Source: Myxococcota bacterium
Lineage (GTDB): Bacteria; Myxococcota_A; Polyangia; HGW-17
Assembly: GCA_018817795.1 (NCBI GenBank)
Contig: JAHITJ010000184.1
Location: 8,423 to 72,422, forward strand
Reading direction: 5' to 3'
DNA length: 64,000 nucleotides
A model generated the notes under the pieces. That model was not told where the DNA came from. It worked only from the letters and a program-made list of their open reading frames with translations, and searched no databases. Numbering within the stretch: position 1 is the stretch's first letter; each line of letters opens with the position of its first letter. A program made the position numbers and the translations under genes. Below, one piece after another: positions 1 through 9,231 of this stretch.

Positions 1-3000
1 CTGGAGACGATGCTCGAGCCTTCCCGTGACCCGTTGGTGCGCCGCTCCGCTGCTCTGCTGCTGGCTCCGTGCTATCTGCGCCTGGAGAACTGGGAGGCCT
101 ATGCCCGTTCCCTGGAAGTCATAGCCACGATGGAAAAGGACGAGGATCAGAAGATCCAGAACTATCTGGAACTGCTGAACATCACCGTGCGACGCGTGGG
201 TGACACGACCCGCGGGCTCGATATCGCGCGGGTGCTCTTCCAGTTGTCCCCGGGCAATGCCGACGTGCGGCAGGAGCTGCGCCGTCTGGCCATCCTGGAG
301 GACCAGATCCCGCAGTTGAAGGAACTGTACATCGAGACGCTGTCGGCCAGGCCCGGGTTGAAACTGACGCTGGCCTGGGAAGTCGCGCTGCTCGAGGAAG
401 AGGAGCTGCACGATCAGGCGGAGTCGGAGAAATACTACCGCATGGTGCTCGAAGAGGAACCTCTCCACGACCAGGCGTTCGCGGCCCTGGAGCGCATCAC
501 CACCCAGACAGAGCGCTGGATGGACCTGCGCCTGCTGATCGAAAACCGCGTCGAGGTCCTCAACGATCCGGACCAGCAGAAGACGATGCTCCTGAAGTTG
601 AGCGCACTCAATGAGAACATTCTGGCTGATGTGGACGCGGCCATCGCCTCCTACCGGCAGTTGAGGCAACTGGAGGCTGGTTCACAGGAGGCCTTTGTGG
701 CCCTGCAGCGCCTGTATGACCTCTCCGAAGACTGGGCGCAACTGGCGGATCTGTACCAGGATGAACTGGCCTACACCCGCAATAACGAACAGCGAATTCT
801 GCTGATGATCCAGCGGGCCGACCTGCTTATGCACAAACTTGACCGGGCTGCGGACGCGGTGTCGCTTCTTCAGGAGATCCTGTCGCTCAACTCAAGCCAC
901 ATTTCGGCGCGCTCGATGCTCAATGAATCGCTGGAGAAGCCGGAAACGCGGCAGTCCGCTGCGGACATCCTGCTGAACCTCTTTGAGCATGAGACCAACT
1001 TTGAAAAGATCGTGGATCTCCTGGAAATCAAACTCGAAGCAGCCGAGAGCCGCGACGAGGCCGTCGGAATCCTGTCCCGCCAGGGTAAATTGTTCACTGT
1101 CCAGCTTGCCCGACCCGAACAGGCCTTCTCAGCCTGGCGCCGGGCGCTGAAACTGGAGCCTGGCAACCTCGAGGTGCGGCACGCCCTTGAGGAGTTGGTC
1201 GACCTCTCCGGAAACACCGTCGAGCTCGTCGAGGTGTGGAACGAGGCGATCACGGCTGCCGGCGACGATCTTGAGTTGTCGATGCTGTACATCGAGAAGA
1301 TTGCCCAACTTTATGAGCGTCAGTTGTCCGACCCGGAGAAGGCGGTCTTCTGGTACAAGAAGCTGCTCTCGGTGTCCGGCGACTACGTCGAGATCCAGTC
1401 CAAGGCGACGCAATCCCTGATCCTGCTGCTCTCCACGATGGACGAATGGATCGACGTCATCGATCTGTATCGCCGCCAGTTGGCCTGGCTGGACAACCCC
1501 CGCGAGCGCAAGGCCGTGTACCGCAAGGTGGCCTCGCTTCAGGAGGATATGCTCGACGCGCTGGAAGACGCCGCCGGAACCTATCATCAGTTACTCGGGG
1601 AGTTCCCGGAGGACGATGACGCACTGGATCGCCTCGAATACATTTATTCCCGCCTCGAGAAATGGGAAAAACTGGTCGAAGTGCTCTCTCGCAGGGCAGA
1701 ACTCTCCCTGGATCCTGGCACTCGACGGGATTTCTACTCCCGCATCGCGATCCTGCGCGAGGAGAGTCTGCAGAACATCGAGGGTGCCGCCGAGGCATGG
1801 GCCGCGATCCTGTCCGAGTTTCCCGAGGACGGGGAGTCGCTGCGCTATCTCGCCCGCCTCAACGAGGCGCTGGGCCGATGGGCGGACGTGTTCGATCTGG
1901 TGGAGCGCGAGCTGGCATTAACCACGAACGAAGAAAACCGCCACGCGCTTTTGTATCGCCTGGGCTATATCCTGCAGGTTCACCTGGAAGAGCCGGCAAG
2001 GGCGATCGCGTTCTATCGGGACGTCATTGAACAGGACCCCGAGCATGAAAAGGCGAAACTTGCGCTCGAGACCATGCTTCTGGGCGAGGAAATGCTGGCT
2101 ATGGAAGCCGCCTCGATCCTTGAGAAGATCTATGAACTTGAGGATAACTGGGAGAAACTGACGGGACTGTATGTACTCAAAGCCGGCTACTCCATGGATT
2201 CCCAGGAGAAAGTGGATCTGTTTGTAAAAATTGCCCATATCAAGGAATATGAGCTTCATGAAGCCGGCGCCGCGTTCGGATTCTATGGGCAGGCACTCAA
2301 GGAGTGTCTGGCGCTCCCGATGCTGGAGGATGTACTGGACAATCTACAGAGATTGGCGGCGATGGAGAACAAGTGGGCCGAGCTCGTCGAGATGTACAAA
2401 GTGAACGTCGACGAAATCCTGGACACCAATCTCCAGGAGAAGGTGTTCCTGATCATCGCCGATGTTTCCCGCGATGAACTGAAAAATCTGGAACTGGCGC
2501 GCATCTACTATCAGAAGGTGCTCGAGCAACGGCCGGATTCCATGCATGCGCTGGATGCGCTTGAATACGTTTACAAGGAAGTGGCTGACTGGGAAGCGCT
2601 CATGGGTATTTACCTGAAGCGCGCCGAGTTGGGCTACAACGATCCGGACGCCCGGTATTCGGCTCTGGTCCTGGCAGCTACCCTGTGCAAGGTCCAGTTG
2701 AAGAAGCCCCAAGACGCGATCGTGCATTACAAGGAAATTATTGAATTCCGTCCTGGTGATTCCGTCATCTTCCGCGCGCTGGAGGAATTGTACTTTGACC
2801 AGGAGGGCTGGGAAGACCTCATCGAGTTGTACGACCACCGCATCCGCTACGTATCCGAACTAAGCGAGGCGGTAGAGATTCGCTATAATATGGGCGAAAT
2901 CTACCAGGATTACCTCAACGAGTCCGAACGCGCCCTTGAGATGTTCAAGGGAGCGCTGGGTGGAGATCCGACCCGCGAGGACACCATCCGCCGACTCGAA

Positions 3001-6000
3001 AAATTCCTGGATGTCGAGGGCCACGCAGCCTCAGCAGCCGAAACCCTGGTCCCGATCTACGCCTCGCGCCAGAACTGGAAGGAACTGATACGCGTGTTCT
3101 CATTGCAGCGGCAGATGCTCGAGGCCGTCGAGGAACGCGCGCCGATCACCAAGAAAATCGCTGGTCTGTATGATGCGGTGCTTGAGGACATGGACAGTGC
3201 GTTCGTGTGGTATGGCTATCTCTTCGTGGAGACACCGGCGGATCGCGCTGTCCGCAGCCGCCTGCTTTCGCTCGCCGACAGCCTGGGCCGCTGGCAGGAA
3301 GTCTCCGAGGTGTTCGCCAAGGTGCTCGAAGACGCCTACGCTGATCTGGATTATGTGCTCGAGGTCGCCGAACACCTGGCCCGGATTTACTCCAACCGCC
3401 TTCAGAAGGTGGAAGAGGCCCGCAAGTGCTACAAGCGTATTCTCGACGCTGACCACAACCGCAAGGACATCTTTGCGGAGCTGGAAATGATGCTCCTGAC
3501 GGCCGAGCGCTGGGATGATTTGCTGACGATCTATCGCGAGGCCGCCGAAGCTTATTACGATCCAAATAAAAAGAACCAGTATCTTTTCAAAATGTCCTCA
3601 GTGTTTGAAGACAAATTGGAAAAATATGAAGACGCGGTCGAGACCTACAAGGAAATCCTTGTCGGAGCTCCGGATGACAGTGTGGCCAACACCGCCCTGC
3701 GCCGCCTGTACACACGGCTGGAGCGTTGGGAAGATCTGGTCGAGCACCTGCTGGTTCTGGTGCAGCAGCAGCAGCACGAGCCACGCGAGATCTGCGAACT
3801 GAACCTGACGCTGGCCAAACTGTATCACCAGAAGTTGGCCGATCCGATTTCGGCCGTGGACCGGATCGAGGCGATCCTGCAGATCGAGCCCCTCGACGAA
3901 CAGGCGATCCTGTTCCTGGAGAGCCTGCTGCTGACCGAGGATATTTCCTTGCGTGCAGCGGCGTTGCTGCAGCCTATCTACATGAACCTGGATCAGTGGG
4001 AAGATCTCGTGAACGTGTACGAGATCCAGATCGATGGAATCGACGATCAGTATCAGAAGATCGAATATCTGAAGGAATGCGCGAATCTGTATGACTCCCG
4101 TGGCAACCGGCTGGACCGGGCGTTTGCGTCCCTGAGCCAGGCGTGGCTGCTGGAGAGCACGGATCGGGATCTCTTCGAGGCCCTGTATCAGTTGGCTGCG
4201 CGCCAGTCCAATTGGGCGCAGTGCATCGAAGTTTATGAAAAGGGGATCAAGGACGCCTACGACACCGATCTTCAGGTCACCGTGCTGCTGCGCATCGCCA
4301 GAATCCAGTCCGAGATCCTGACACAGCCCGCCGAAGCCCGCAAGAGCTACCTGCGTGTACTGGAGGTCCAGGAAGATCACCTCGAGGCCCTGACCGAACT
4401 GTCGATCCTGCTCGAGGAAATGGAAGCATGGGAAGAACTGAACTCGATCCTGGACCGTCGTTCGTTCCTGCTCCACGAGCCCGCAGAGAGCGTGCGGACC
4501 CTGCGCCAACTCGCGCTGTTGCAGCAGAAACTGGATCTGCCGTCTTCCGCGGTGGAGACCTGGAAGCGGCTGCTTGAGGTCGAGCCCAACGAGGCCGGTG
4601 CCCTGCGTGCCCTGGAAACGTTGTATGAACAGAGTGAAAATTGGACGGAGCTGGCCGAAGTGCTTCGCCAGTTGGCCGAGGTGGCCGAGACTGCGGACTT
4701 TGCAGTGTCCCTCAAGCTCGCCCGTGTTCAGGAGGAGAAGCTCGAAGATAATTACGAAGCCATCTCCACCCTGCAACGGATTCTTTCGGAATCGCACGAT
4801 CATCTGGCCGCTCTGCAGTCCTGCTCCCGCCTGTATGAGAAAGAGCAGAACTGGATGGAGTTGATTCAGACGCTCAACCAGATGGTCGTCCTCGAGCCCC
4901 TGGACAACAGGCGCAACGAGTTGATCTTCCGCATCGCTCACGTGTTGCAGCATGAGATCAACGATGTCGAGCAGGCGATCAAGAAGTACCAGTCCATTCT
5001 CGAGTTTGATTCACGCCATGAAAAAACCATCGGCGCCCTCGAGGAGTTGCTCGAAGCCGAGGACTTCCGTCCGCAGGCTGCTGCGATCCTGGAGCCCCTG
5101 TATCTGGAGCAGGCTCAGTCCGGCAAGCTCATTCATTTAAATGAGTTGCTGCTGGAAGTCGCTGTAGAGCCGGAAAGAAAGATTAAGTTGTTGCGCACTA
5201 TCGCAACAATTTATGAACAAGGAAACGATCTGGACCAGGCTTTCGAATACTGGGGAAGGTTGTTCCGCGAGAACCCGGCCGATACCGAGGTTGAGGGCCA
5301 GTTGATGCGGATCACTGCCGCCGGCAGCAAGTGGCAGCGGCTGGTGGATCTCCTCGACGAGGCGGGCAATGATGTGTACGAGCCGACCTTGCGTAAGCGG
5401 CTGATCCTGACTGTGGCGCAATTGTATGAAGTAAGCCTCGAGAACACTCCAGCGGCCATCGATACGCTGAAGAAGGGTCTGGATGCTGTGCCTTCGGATC
5501 TGGAGATCCTTGCCCAGCTCGACCGCCTGCTGACCGAGACCCGTAAGTACGAAGACCTGCAGGAAGTGCTCCGTGCCCAGGCAGATGCCACCGAAGGTGC
5601 GACCAAGGCTCAGTTCCTGTTCCGTCTGGGTCATCTGGACCTGCACCAGTTCAATAAGGGCGAAGATGCGATTGAAGTGTGGCAGGAAGCCCTGAATTTC
5701 CAGGAAAATCATCCGGACGTCTTCCGTGAGCTCGAAGCACTTCTCGGATCGGCCGGTCCTCTGGTGGCCCCAGCACTGGAAGTGCTTGAGCCGGCCTATG
5801 AGCGCATGGGCGCTCACGATAAACTGGTTACGGTGCTCGAAGTGCGCGTCACGCTGACCGAGGACGCAGGGGACCGTGCCGGTCTGCTGGAGCGCGCGGC
5901 CCAACTCTGCAAGACCATGGGTTATCTGGATAAAGCGATCAACCTGCTCGCACAGGGTGTGGCGCTTGCACCGGACAACACCATGCTCATGGAGTCGTTC

Positions 6001-7965
6001 ATTGAGCTGGCCCAGCACGCGGATCGGATTCCGACTGTGCTCACCACATCACTGGAAATCCTTAGCAGGGACATCGACGAGATGGCCGCGATCGCCATGG
6101 CGCTGCGTGTGGCACCACTGGCGCTCTCTGTCGGCGATGTGGTCTCAGGAGAAAAATTGTACCTCGCGGCGTTGGCACGCGAGCCCGAGAACATGGACGC
6201 CATACGGGCGCTCGAAAACCTGTATCGTGTGGGAGACGACACCAAGAAATTGGTGGCGATCCTACAGAAGCGTGCCGACCAGGAATACGATCCGAACACG
6301 AAAAAGTCCATTTGCAGTGAGGTCGCCAATCTTGCCGAAACCCAACTGAACGATCTGGCGCTTGCAGAAAAAGCCTGGAAAAATCTGCTGGAATCCGACG
6401 AGAGCGACTTGGTCGCACAGGACCAATTGATTCGTCTGTTTGAGCGTATGGAAAAATGGAACGAACTGATTGAAGTATTGAAAACAAAGATTAATTATAT
6501 GCCCACGCCTCAGGATCAGCAGAGCCTGCGCCAGCGGATCGCCCAGACCTACGATGAGAAATTGAACCAGAAGGAGCTCGCCGAGGAACAGTGGCGCGAA
6601 GCGTATGACAGCGATCCAGCCTTCGAACCGGCCTATTTTGCGTTGATGGCTATATATAAAGAAAAATCCGACTGGGATGCCGTCAAGGACCTGTTCTTTA
6701 CGAGGCTCGGGCAGGCCTCGGTGGATTCCGAGCGCCTGGCTGTTCTGGAGGATCTGGCCAACCTGTCGATGATCCAGCTCAAGGAAGTCGATGATGCGGT
6801 AGGTTACTGGATGCAGATCCTCGAGGTTGATCCCCAATATGGCGAAATCTTCGAGAAACTGTCCCGGGTCCTGATCGAAGGTGAGCGTTACTATGAGCTC
6901 GCCGATGTTCTTCAAAAGCGTGCCGATTTCTTCTCTGGCAAGGGAGATCATCGACTGGAAATGCAGGCACTGGATCAGTTGGCCCGCCTGTGGGAAGAGA
7001 AACTCGAGAGCCCGACCGAGGCACGCAAGATCCTGGAGCGCATTCTGGAGTCTGATCCGGCTTCGGTTACGGCCTTGACCGGGCTTGCGCGCATCTTTGA
7101 GAATGTACAGGATTGGGAACACTGTCAGCAGTATCTGGAGAAGGCGGCCCTTTTGGAACCGCAGGGTCAGGATGGAGCCGAACTGGCCTTCCGGCGAGGC
7201 AAGGTTGCAGAGAAGTTGGGTGACAATGAGAAAGCCCAATCCTGCTGGGAAGAAGCGATCCGTCTGTATCCGGCTCACCAGGAGACGTTTGAGGTGCTCT
7301 CCGAACGTGCCAGGACAGCAGGAGACAAGGAAGCCATCCTTCGTCTGATGCAGAGGCGGTTGCCGCTGATCACCGACAAGACCCCTCGCCTGGCGCTGCT
7401 GCGCCAGTTAGCCGATCTGTACATTGAACTGGGCGCTTCCGAAGCGGCCTTCCCGGCTCTGGAAGAAGCCCTGACGCTGGATCCTGCCAACATGGAGGTC
7501 AAGCAGAGGCTCGGTGATGCGTACTTCGCTGCTGCGAACTATCCGAAGGCTGGCGCGGTCTACCAGAAACTCCTCGATGAGTTGGCGGCTGCCAAGGCGC
7601 CACGCAAGGATCTGGCTCCGCTGTATCAGCGGCTCGGTGGAATCAAGGAATCGCAGGGTGATCTGGATGGGGCGCTGGAGCTCTATACCCAGTCGCAGAA
7701 AGCAGATACAACGTATGTGCCGAACCTGATCTCTATGGCCGGTCTCTATGCCCGGCAGGAAAACTATGATCAGGCACAGCGGATGTTCCGCGCGCTTTTG
7801 TTCCAGCGTATCGAAGGGGAAATCACCAAGGCCCAGATTTTCTTGGAGATTGCCAAAATCGAGATCAAGACCGGCAACGCGGCCAAGGCGAAGTCTTCGA
7901 TCCAGCGTGGTCTGGCTGAGGATCCGAACCACGCCGAGCTCAAGGCGATGCTCGAAACACTGTAG
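1..7965 (+). CDS. Giant acidic TPR-like solenoid repeat protein (at least 2651 aa; 5' end probably outside the window)
   Basis: Uninterrupted ORF 10..7965. The frame is also open from nt 1 (ctg gag acg atg), so the N-terminus may be truncated. The translation is a helical repeat with recurring A..Y..vL..dP.n..AL..L..lY motifs. A W-x-[ED]-L signature (EKWEKL, GRWADV, DNWEKL, NKWAEL, ERWEDL, DQWEDL, ENWTEL, EKWNEL...) recurs more than 20 times at about 70-80 residue spacing. Confidence 0.85.
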   Translation: METMLEPSRDPLVRRSAALLLAPCYLRLENWEAYARSLEVIATMEKDEDQKIQNYLELLNITVRRVGDTTRGLDIARVLFQLSPGNADVRQELRRLAILEDQIPQLKELYIETLSARPGLKLTLAWEVALLEEEELHDQAESEKYYRMVLEEEPLHDQAFAALERITTQTERWMDLRLLIENRVEVLNDPDQQKTMLLKLSALNENILADVDAAIASYRQLRQLEAGSQEAFVALQRLYDLSEDWAQLADLYQDELAYTRNNEQRILLMIQRADLLMHKLDRAADAVSLLQEILSLNSSHISARSMLNESLEKPETRQSAADILLNLFEHETNFEKIVDLLEIKLEAAESRDEAVGILSRQGKLFTVQLARPEQAFSAWRRALKLEPGNLEVRHALEELVDLSGNTVELVEVWNEAITAAGDDLELSMLYIEKIAQLYERQLSDPEKAVFWYKKLLSVSGDYVEIQSKATQSLILLLSTMDEWIDVIDLYRRQLAWLDNPRERKAVYRKVASLQEDMLDALEDAAGTYHQLLGEFPEDDDALDRLEYIYSRLEKWEKLVEVLSRRAELSLDPGTRRDFYSRIAILREESLQNIEGAAEAWAAILSEFPEDGESLRYLARLNEALGRWADVFDLVERELALTTNEENRHALLYRLGYILQVHLEEPARAIAFYRDVIEQDPEHEKAKLALETMLLGEEMLAMEAASILEKIYELEDNWEKLTGLYVLKAGYSMDSQEKVDLFVKIAHIKEYELHEAGAAFGFYGQALKECLALPMLEDVLDNLQRLAAMENKWAELVEMYKVNVDEILDTNLQEKVFLIIADVSRDELKNLELARIYYQKVLEQRPDSMHALDALEYVYKEVADWEALMGIYLKRAELGYNDPDARYSALVLAATLCKVQLKKPQDAIVHYKEIIEFRPGDSVIFRALEELYFDQEGWEDLIELYDHRIRYVSELSEAVEIRYNMGEIYQDYLNESERALEMFKGALGGDPTREDTIRRLEKFLDVEGHAASAAETLVPIYASRQNWKELIRVFSLQRQMLEAVEERAPITKKIAGLYDAVLEDMDSAFVWYGYLFVETPADRAVRSRLLSLADSLGRWQEVSEVFAKVLEDAYADLDYVLEVAEHLARIYSNRLQKVEEARKCYKRILDADHNRKDIFAELEMMLLTAERWDDLLTIYREAAEAYYDPNKKNQYLFKMSSVFEDKLEKYEDAVETYKEILVGAPDDSVANTALRRLYTRLERWEDLVEHLLVLVQQQQHEPREICELNLTLAKLYHQKLADPISAVDRIEAILQIEPLDEQAILFLESLLLTEDISLRAAALLQPIYMNLDQWEDLVNVYEIQIDGIDDQYQKIEYLKECANLYDSRGNRLDRAFASLSQAWLLESTDRDLFEALYQLAARQSNWAQCIEVYEKGIKDAYDTDLQVTVLLRIARIQSEILTQPAEARKSYLRVLEVQEDHLEALTELSILLEEMEAWEELNSILDRRSFLLHEPAESVRTLRQLALLQQKLDLPSSAVETWKRLLEVEPNEAGALRALETLYEQSENWTELAEVLRQLAEVAETADFAVSLKLARVQEEKLEDNYEAISTLQRILSESHDHLAALQSCSRLYEKEQNWMELIQTLNQMVVLEPLDNRRNELIFRIAHVLQHEINDVEQAIKKYQSILEFDSRHEKTIGALEELLEAEDFRPQAAAILEPLYLEQAQSGKLIHLNELLLEVAVEPERKIKLLRTIATIYEQGNDLDQAFEYWGRLFRENPADTEVEGQLMRITAAGSKWQRLVDLLDEAGNDVYEPTLRKRLILTVAQLYEVSLENTPAAIDTLKKGLDAVPSDLEILAQLDRLLTETRKYEDLQEVLRAQADATEGATKAQFLFRLGHLDLHQFNKGEDAIEVWQEALNFQENHPDVFRELEALLGSAGPLVAPALEVLEPAYERMGAHDKLVTVLEVRVTLTEDAGDRAGLLERAAQLCKTMGYLDKAINLLAQGVALAPDNTMLMESFIELAQHADRIPTVLTTSLEILSRDIDEMAAIAMALRVAPLALSVGDVVSGEKLYLAALAREPENMDAIRALENLYRVGDDTKKLVAILQKRADQEYDPNTKKSICSEVANLAETQLNDLALAEKAWKNLLESDESDLVAQDQLIRLFERMEKWNELIEVLKTKINYMPTPQDQQSLRQRIAQTYDEKLNQKELAEEQWREAYDSDPAFEPAYFALMAIYKEKSDWDAVKDLFFTRLGQASVDSERLAVLEDLANLSMIQLKEVDDAVGYWMQILEVDPQYGEIFEKLSRVLIEGERYYELADVLQKRADFFSGKGDHRLEMQALDQLARLWEEKLESPTEARKILERILESDPASVTALTGLARIFENVQDWEHCQQYLEKAALLEPQGQDGAELAFRRGKVAEKLGDNEKAQSCWEEAIRLYPAHQETFEVLSERARTAGDKEAILRLMQRRLPLITDKTPRLALLRQLADLYIELGASEAAFPALEEALTLDPANMEVKQRLGDAYFAAANYPKAGAVYQKLLDELAAAKAPRKDLAPLYQRLGGIKESQGDLDGALELYTQSQKADTTYVPNLISMAGLYARQENYDQAQRMFRALLFQRIEGEITKAQIFLEIAKIEIKTGNAAKAKSSIQRGLAEDPNHAELKAMLETL

Positions 7966-8124
7966 GCATTCTGCACCGTTGCTCTCCCGTCGCCCCGGGT
8001 TTCCATAGAGGATTTTCCCTTGTATAACAGTCAAAAATTGACCTACTTGTCCTTGAAAACGCGTCTTCTCCGATCTTTTTCCGCTCCACGGATGCCCGAT
8101 CGGACGTCCAGGGAAAAAGACTAG

Positions 8125-8754
8125 ATGCCACAGGATCCATTTCCGCATATACAGAACGTGAAATTTCTGGTGGGGGCACGTGGTGATGGCCAACTGCCCT
8201 CCACCGGCTACCCGGAGATCGCCATCGCCGGCCGCTCCAACGTGGGCAAGAGCTCGCTGCTTCGTCACCTTGTGAACCAACGATCCCTGGTGCGTGTCTC
8301 GCGCACTCCCGGGCGTACCCGTGAGATTAATTATTTCCTTTTGGAATCCAAAGATCTCCCTCTTCTCTACCTGGTGGATCTTCCCGGCTACGGCTATGCC
8401 AGCGTGCCGATGTCGCTCAAGGAGGACTGGGGCGACTTTGTCAGCCGATACCTGGAAAACCGGAGAACCCTGTGTGCGATGCTGCTTCTGGTGGATGCGC
8501 GACGGGAAATCACTGACATTGAGACGCAATTCGCAGCATGGATGACCGGTCGCGGGGTTCGGGTGCAGGTGATCGTGACCAAGATGGACAAGGTTCCCAA
8601 GACCCAGTGGGGACAGGTAGAAGCTCAGGTCCGGGCCGCCTTTGGGCCGGATGTTCCCAAATGTATTTTTTATTCCACGCTCAAAGGGATCGGGAGCGAG
8701 GATGTATGGCGCAAAATCAAGAGCGCCGTCTCCACGGCGCCCACGGTTTCCTGA
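8125..8754 (+). CDS. engB: Ribosome-biogenesis GTPase EngB/YihA
   Basis: G1 motif GRSNVGKSSLL, TPGRTREINYF, G3 motif VDLPGYGYA and G4 motif TKMDK in the canonical order, at the typical length of 209 aa. Confidence 0.9.
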   Translation: MPQDPFPHIQNVKFLVGARGDGQLPSTGYPEIAIAGRSNVGKSSLLRHLVNQRSLVRVSRTPGRTREINYFLLESKDLPLLYLVDLPGYGYASVPMSLKEDWGDFVSRYLENRRTLCAMLLLVDARREITDIETQFAAWMTGRGVRVQVIVTKMDKVPKTQWGQVEAQVRAAFGPDVPKCIFYSTLKGIGSEDVWRKIKSAVSTAPTVS

Positions 8755-8766
8755 AGACAGACCCGC

Positions 8767-9231
8767 ATGCTTCCCGACGGATATATCATCGACACGCTGC
8801 ATCTGGATGACCTGCCGCAGGTCATGATGGTGGAGAGGCTGTCGTTTGCCCATCCATGGAACGAGGAAGCCTTCGCAGCCGAGTTTGCCAAGTCATATGC
8901 GTTTTTTTTGGGTGTGCGTCAGGAGCAGCAGGTGGTCGCAGTGCTGCTCTATTGGGTGGTTTTTCCGGAGATCCACATCCTCTCCCTGGGTGTCCATCCG
9001 GATCACCGCCGGCAGGGACTGGCGTCCTGGCTTCTTCAGGTGCTCATGGAAATGGGTCCGGACATGGAATGTGAAAAAATCGATCTGGAGGTGCGGGAGA
9101 ACAACGTCGCCGGCCAGAAACTTTATGAATCCATGGGATTTGACCGGGTCGGTCGCCGTAAAAAATATTACACGGACACCATGGAGGACGCCTTTTTATA
9201 CTCGTATTACTTTCAGGGGAAAACAGCATGA
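8767..9231 (+). CDS. rimI: GNAT N-acetyltransferase, RimI-like (ribosomal-protein-alanine acetyltransferase)
   Basis: 154 aa with the acetyl-CoA motif HPDHRRQGLASWLL and a RimI-like tail (LEVRENNVAGQKLYESMGF..GRRKKYY). Starts 12 nt after the engB stop. Confidence 0.8.
   Translation: MLPDGYIIDTLHLDDLPQVMMVERLSFAHPWNEEAFAAEFAKSYAFFLGVRQEQQVVAVLLYWVVFPEIHILSLGVHPDHRRQGLASWLLQVLMEMGPDMECEKIDLEVRENNVAGQKLYESMGFDRVGRRKKYYTDTMEDAFLYSYYFQGKTA

Noticed and set aside
3598-4953. 451-aa minus-strand ORF (and many shorter ones) inside the giant TPR gene
   Set aside because: The plus-strand frame is open for 8 kb with a consistent repeat architecture. The antisense products are Q/L/G/D-rich without a start context.
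7408-8853. 481-aa minus-strand ORF spanning the end of the TPR gene, the spacer and engB
   Set aside because: It crosses an intergenic region and is antisense to engB, which has all of its GTPase motifs. It has no recognisable domain.
8902-8909. T8 homopolymer inside rimI (and another T8 at 38178-38185 in the HAD lipoprotein signal peptide) as possible phase-variation tracts
   Set aside because: Both are in frame in intact genes and encode plausible Phe/Leu residues. At 8 nt they are short for slipped-strand switching, and there is no supporting evidence.
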